Part shown: positions 50,268 to 54,047 of the stretch, one piece after another
Layout: each line of letters opens with the position of its first letter
How positions within the stretch are numbered: position 1 is the stretch's first letter
DNA from: Chloroflexota bacterium
GTDB taxonomy: Bacteria; Chloroflexota; Limnocylindria; Limnocylindrales; CSP1-4
Reading direction: 5' to 3'
Assembly: GCA_034666965.1 (NCBI GenBank)
Contig: JAXDKT010000075.1
Location: forward strand, 1 to 54,047
DNA: 54,047 nucleotides
Notes under the pieces: model-generated
Told to the model about the DNA's origin: nothing
The model's input: the letters and a program-made list of their open reading frames with translations, nothing else
Databases searched by the model: none
Made by a program: the position numbers and the translations under genes

Positions 50268-50942
50268 GTGACCGTCGCCGCCGTCATCCTGTCCGCCACG
50301 GCCGAGGGAGCGCTCGACGAGACCACCGGCCAACCACGGGTCCGCCGCCTGGCCGATCTGGCCTGGTCCGGCGGGGCGCTGCCGATCGTGGTCGTCTCAC
50401 CCGATCCGATCGGTGCGGTGGCCGCGAGCCTGGCCGGTTCCGAGGCCGTCCACGGCTCTCCCGCCCCGGTCGAGTCCGGGCCGGTCGGCCAGATGCTGCG
50501 TGGCGTCTACCTGGCCCAGGCCGAAGTCGCCGAGGTGAGCGCGGTCCTGCTCTGGCCGGCCCGCATGACCTGGGTGGGGCCCGAGACCGTGACCTCCCTG
50601 ATCGAGGCCCACGGGACCGATCCGGGCACGGTCCTCCAACCGGCGTGGCATGGCGAGCCGGGCTGGCCGATCCTGGTTCCGGCGACGCTCGTCGATGTCC
50701 TGCGCGCGGTCGAACCCGACCGGATGCCGCCCGATGTGATTGCCGAGCTCATCGCGGCCGTGCCCTCGCGGATCCTGGAATCGGGTGACCCGGGGACGAT
50801 CCACGACGTCGACACGCCGCTGGCCGACCTGCCGCCCTACGAAGGCCCGCCCGATCCGCCGGCCGGGCACACCCACGAGTGGGGCGCCGACGTGGCCGCC
50901 CAAGCCGGCCTGCCCGAGCCGGACACGACGCCCGCGCTCTGA
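50268..50942 (+). CDS. MobA/MocA-like NTP-transferase-fold protein with a divergent nucleotide-binding motif
   Basis: 224 aa. The layout matches the NTP_transf_3 family (AAVILSA..., [31 protein letters not shown]). The usual LAAGxSxRMG and DMP motifs are replaced. Confidence 0.65.
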   Translation: MTVAAVILSATAEGALDETTGQPRVRRLADLAWSGGALPIVVVSPDPIGAVAASLAGSEAVHGSPAPVESGPVGQMLRGVYLAQAEVAEVSAVLLWPARMTWVGPETVTSLIEAHGTDPGTVLQPAWHGEPGWPILVPATLVDVLRAVEPDRMPPDVIAELIAAVPSRILESGDPGTIHDVDTPLADLPPYEGPPDPPAGHTHEWGADVAAQAGLPEPDTTPAL

Positions 50943-50949
50943 TCCCGAT

Positions 50950-51858
50950 TCAAGGCGCTCCTGGTGCGGCGCTCAGCGCAGACCGGCGCCCCGCCCCTGC
51001 GGCCACGAGCACCCCCACCAACAGGGCGAATACCCCGAGGAGCTGCAGTGCCGAAGGATGCTCGCCGAGGAGCACCGCCGCGGCGATCACGGTGATCAGC
51101 GGCTGGGCGAGCAGTAGGACCGACGTCACCGCCCCCGGCAGGCGCGGCAACGACAGGTTGATCAGCCCGTAGCCGGCGACCTGCGACGTGAGCGCGACGA
51201 CCAGGAGCCAGAACAGCGCGGTCGGCTCGGGCAGCAGGACGAGGTCGCCGATGACCAGGCCCGCGAGGAACGCAGTCGCGGCCGCCGCGGCGGAAGCATC
51301 GAACAACGAGCCCCACGTGTGGGTGCCATCCCGATTGCCCTGGCGGATCAGCACGAGGTAGCCCGAGTAGGCGCATGCCGAGGCCAGCCCGAAGGCGACG
51401 CCGAGCACAGGGTCCAGGCCGTAGGCGGCGCTGTCGAGCACGCCCGAAATGAGGATCGCGCCAACCAGGACGATTGGGATTCCGGCGATCATGCGACGGT
51501 CCGGACGCTCGGCGAAGAGCAGCCACGACAGGCCCGCGACCATGACGACCTGGAAGTTGGCGACTACCGTCGCCAGGCCTGCGCCAACCTGCAGCACGGC
51601 ATGTTGCCAGGCGATGAGGTCGGCGGCGAAGCAGATCCCCGCGGCGACCGCCAGGCCGCGATCCCGCCGCGACCGCCGACCCAGGCGGCGATCCTCGACC
51701 AGGAGCAGTGCGGCCAGCAACGGCAGAGCGAGGAGACAGCGAAAGAGCGTCGCGGTCGAGGGCGACTGGCCCGAGTAGCGAAAGAAGATCCCCGAGAACG
51801 CGATGAACGTCGCGCCGACGAGCGCCGCCAGGCGAGGTCGCGCGGCAATCGCCTCGAT
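50950..51858 (-). CDS. EamA/DMT-family transporter (start codon uncertain)
   Basis: The track ORF starts at the TTG at 51720. The frame stays open and clearly encodes TM1 upstream (IEAIAARPRLAALVGATFIAFSGIFFRYSGQSPSTATLFRCLLALP). Ten TM segments are expected. The only candidate starts upstream are ATC 51858, ATT 51849 and CTG 51831. Confidence 0.7.
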   Translation of the reverse strand: MEAIAARPRLAALVGATFIAFSGIFFRYSGQSPSTATLFRCLLALPLLAALLLVEDRRLGRRSRRDRGLAVAAGICFAADLIAWQHAVLQVGAGLATVVANFQVVMVAGLSWLLFAERPDRRMIAGIPIVLVGAILISGVLDSAAYGLDPVLGVAFGLASACAYSGYLVLIRQGNRDGTHTWGSLFDASAAAAATAFLAGLVIGDLVLLPEPTALFWLLVVALTSQVAGYGLINLSLPRLPGAVTSVLLLAQPLITVIAAAVLLGEHPSALQLLGVFALLVGVLVAAGAGRRSALSAAPGAP

Positions 51859-51862
51859 GGGC

Positions 51863-53743
51863 CTACCCCTCCGGTCGGGCCGGCGTGCCGACGAAGCGCA
51901 GTCCGAGCTCGGCGAGCTGGCCAGGATCGGGCGGCGACGGGGCGTCCAGCATGAGATCGCTGCCCGACTGCGTCTTGGGGAAGGCCATCACCTCGCGGAT
52001 GGTCGTCTGGCTCGTGAGCAGCGCCACCCAGCGGTCGATCCCCGCCGCGATGCCACCGTGCGGCGGGGCGCCGTACTCGAAGGCGTCGAGGACCGCCCCG
52101 AACTTCGCCTTCATCCCCTCCGGGGTCTGGCCCTGGAGCGCGAAGCTCCGCTCGAGCAGATCGCGGCGATGGATCCGGATGCTGCCGCCGGCCAGCTCCC
52201 AGCCGTTCAGGACCAGGTCGTACTGCATCGCCCGGGCTCGACCGGCCGGATCCTCTGGCGACGGCCGCGAGAGGTCGCCGCTGGCCGTCGTCAAGAGCTC
52301 GACGTCCTCGGGCACGACCCCGCTGAACGGGTTGTGGGTCGCGTCCCAGCGCCGGTTCTCGGCGTCCCATTGGTACATCGGGAAGCGATGGACCCAGGCA
52401 TAGGCGAGGACCGCGGGATCGGCCAGCGACAGCCGCTCGCCGAGCTCGACCCGGAGCCGGCCGAGGACGTCCGCCGCCACCGCGGGAGCGTCGGCCACGA
52501 CCAGGATGAGGTCCCCTTCCCCGGCCCGGGCCCTCGCGATCAGTGCCGCTGTGCCATCCTCGCCCAGGAACTTCGCGATCGGGGAACGCACGGCGCCGGC
52601 GGCCTCGACCACCAGCCAGGCCAGCCCCTTGGCTCCGTAGCGGCGGGCGAGCTCGGTCAGCTCGTCGAGCTGCGAGCGAGTGGCGCCGCCCATGCCCGGA
52701 GCGACGATGGCCTTCACCCGACCACCGCCGGTCAGGGCCTCGTCGAACACGCGGAACCCGGACGCCGGCGTGCCGTTCTCGTCGACCAGCACCGGTGCCA
52801 GGTCGACCAGCTCCATCCCGAAGCGCAGATCCGGCTTGTCCGTGCCATAGCGCTCGATCGCTTCGTCGTAGGTGAAGCGCGGGAACGGGGTGATCTGAAT
52901 CGGACGCTCGGGGACGACCGCGCGGCTGACCTCGATGGCCATCCCCTCGACGAAGGCCATGACCGTGTCCTCGTCGACGAAGCTCATCTCGAGGTCCAGC
53001 TGGGTGAACTCGGGCTGTCGGTCGCCACGCAGGTCCTCGTCACGGAAGCACCGCGCGATCTGGAAGTAGCGATCGATGCCGGCCACCATCAGCAGCTGCT
53101 TGAGCTGTTGCGGGCTCTGGGGCAGGGCGTAGACGGCGCCCGGCTGAAGCCGGCTGGGGACGATGAAGTCGCGGGCGCCCTCGGGCGTCGACTTGATCAG
53201 GTCGGGCGTCTCGACCTCGATGAAGCCCTGGGCGTGATGGACCGCGCGGATCTTGTGGACCAGCTCCGAGCGGAGCAGCAACCGACGCTGCATCGGCTCG
53301 CGCCGGATGTCGAGGTAGCGGTACTTGAGCCGGAGCGCCTCGTCGATCGGGGCATCGGGCTCATTGATGTAGAACGGCGGGGTCTTGGCCTCGGCCAGGA
53401 TCTCGACGGTCTCCGCCCGCAGCTCGATCTCGCCCGTTGGCAGCTCGGGATTCTCCTTGCCCGCCATCCGCCGCTCGACGCGACCGGCGATCGTCACGAC
53501 GAACTCGCTGCGGACCCGACTGGCCACCGAATGCGCCTCCGCGGCGCCCTTGGCGTCGACGACGACCTGGGTGATCCCGTGGCGGTCGCGCAGGTCCAGG
53601 AAGATCAGCTGCCCGTGATCTCGTCGGCGGTGCACCCAGCCCGACAGGCGGGCCGTCGTGCCCACGTCGGACGCGCGCAGCTGACCGCACGTGTGGCTCC
53701 GGTAGGGCGTGGCCAAGGGGTTCTGGGCGGAGCGCTCGGTCAT
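51863..53743 (-). CDS. aspS: Aspartate--tRNA ligase
   Basis: I prefer the ATG at 53743 (MTERSAQNPL...). Motifs are RSHTCGQLR, FLDLRDRHG, FRDEDLRGDRQPEFTQLD and GGIAAGIDR. Confidence 0.9.
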   Translation of the reverse strand: MTERSAQNPLATPYRSHTCGQLRASDVGTTARLSGWVHRRRDHGQLIFLDLRDRHGITQVVVDAKGAAEAHSVASRVRSEFVVTIAGRVERRMAGKENPELPTGEIELRAETVEILAEAKTPPFYINEPDAPIDEALRLKYRYLDIRREPMQRRLLLRSELVHKIRAVHHAQGFIEVETPDLIKSTPEGARDFIVPSRLQPGAVYALPQSPQQLKQLLMVAGIDRYFQIARCFRDEDLRGDRQPEFTQLDLEMSFVDEDTVMAFVEGMAIEVSRAVVPERPIQITPFPRFTYDEAIERYGTDKPDLRFGMELVDLAPVLVDENGTPASGFRVFDEALTGGGRVKAIVAPGMGGATRSQLDELTELARRYGAKGLAWLVVEAAGAVRSPIAKFLGEDGTAALIARARAGEGDLILVVADAPAVAADVLGRLRVELGERLSLADPAVLAYAWVHRFPMYQWDAENRRWDATHNPFSGVVPEDVELLTTASGDLSRPSPEDPAGRARAMQYDLVLNGWELAGGSIRIHRRDLLERSFALQGQTPEGMKAKFGAVLDAFEYGAPPHGGIAAGIDRWVALLTSQTTIREVMAFPKTQSGSDLMLDAPSPPDPGQLAELGLRFVGTPARPEG

Positions 53744-53829
53744 CGCCGGGGTATCGTAGTCGAAGGCTCCCACCGACCGATCGCAGCCGACGAGTGACTC
53801 CCGGTCGGGGCAGCCCTGGAGGACCCACC

Positions 53830-54047
53830 ATGCTCTCCGAGCGACGAGTCCACGTCACGCTGCCAGTGGCCGATCTCGATCGGGCCCGGGCGTTCTACGA
53901 GGACACCCTCGGGTTCAGCCCGTACGACACGCAGCCCGGCGCAGTCATGTTCCAGGCCGGATCCGGGACGCTCTTCGCGGTGACTCGCAGCAGCGGGTCC
54001 GCCTCGGGGACGCACACCCAGATGGGCTTCACGACCCCTGACATCGA
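53830..54047 (+). CDS. VOC/glyoxalase-family protein, N-terminal part (runs off the window)
   Basis: Absent from the ORF track because there is no stop. The ATG at 53830 has GGAGGA 6 nt upstream. The translation is MLSERRVHVTLPVADLDRARAFYEDTLGF... Confidence 0.7.
   Translation, partial: MLSERRVHVTLPVADLDRARAFYEDTLGFSPYDTQPGAVMFQAGSGTLFAVTRSSGSASGTHTQMGFTTPDI

Noticed and set aside
50037-50333. N-terminal extension of TypA reading through the 21-nt repeats ([18 protein letters not shown]...) and mirror ORFs 50003..50788, 50061..50258 and 50033..50218
   Set aside because: The unit length alternates between 19 and 21 nt, so no frame is preserved across the array. TypA homology starts at MTAQTD.../[14 protein letters not shown]. 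All frames give Arg/Gly/Pro low-complexity sequence typical of non-coding GC-rich DNA.

Overview
Very GC-rich bacterial chromosomal segment with strong GC3 codon bias. Many long Arg/Pro/Gly-rich ORFs in the six-frame track are shadow ORFs or over-extended N-termini, so I trimmed starts by motif, SD/-10 context and stop-start overlaps. The backbone is one long, nearly uninterrupted minus-strand array of housekeeping genes: tRNA-Pro, gpsA-der-ispH-plsC-cmk-rluB-scpB-scpA, HD protein, M50 protease, PH/SHOCT protein, xerD-recN-nadK-tlyA-dxs-xseB-xseA-efp, M24 peptidase, mltG-ruvX, two unusual genes, alaS, then mnmA-iscS, typA and aspS. The order (tlyA-nadK-recN; scpA-scpB-rluB-cmk...der; iscS-mnmA) resembles Actinomycetota-type organisation; this is an inference. 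Many neighbours are joined by GTGA/ATGA stop-start overlaps. The non-backbone content is more interesting. (1) An FtsA/PilM-like actin-fold ATPase and a 606-aa single-pass membrane protein sit between alaS and ruvX-mltG. (2) A leaderless-looking operon encodes a PLP decarboxylase, an ACAD-fold flavoprotein and an aminoaldehyde dehydrogenase. (3) A hybrid HK, a REC protein and a REC-nucleotidyl cyclase form a plus-strand operon. (4) An accessory patch 3' of tRNA-Pro holds orphan ORFs and a zinc-ribbon gene remnant. (5) Four different short tandem-repeat arrays lie within about 4 kb around an HTH/nuclease-like gene and typA. I see no CRISPR array, rRNA, transposase, integrase or recognisable defence system. 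All functional calls rest on my reading of the translated motifs; no database search was run.
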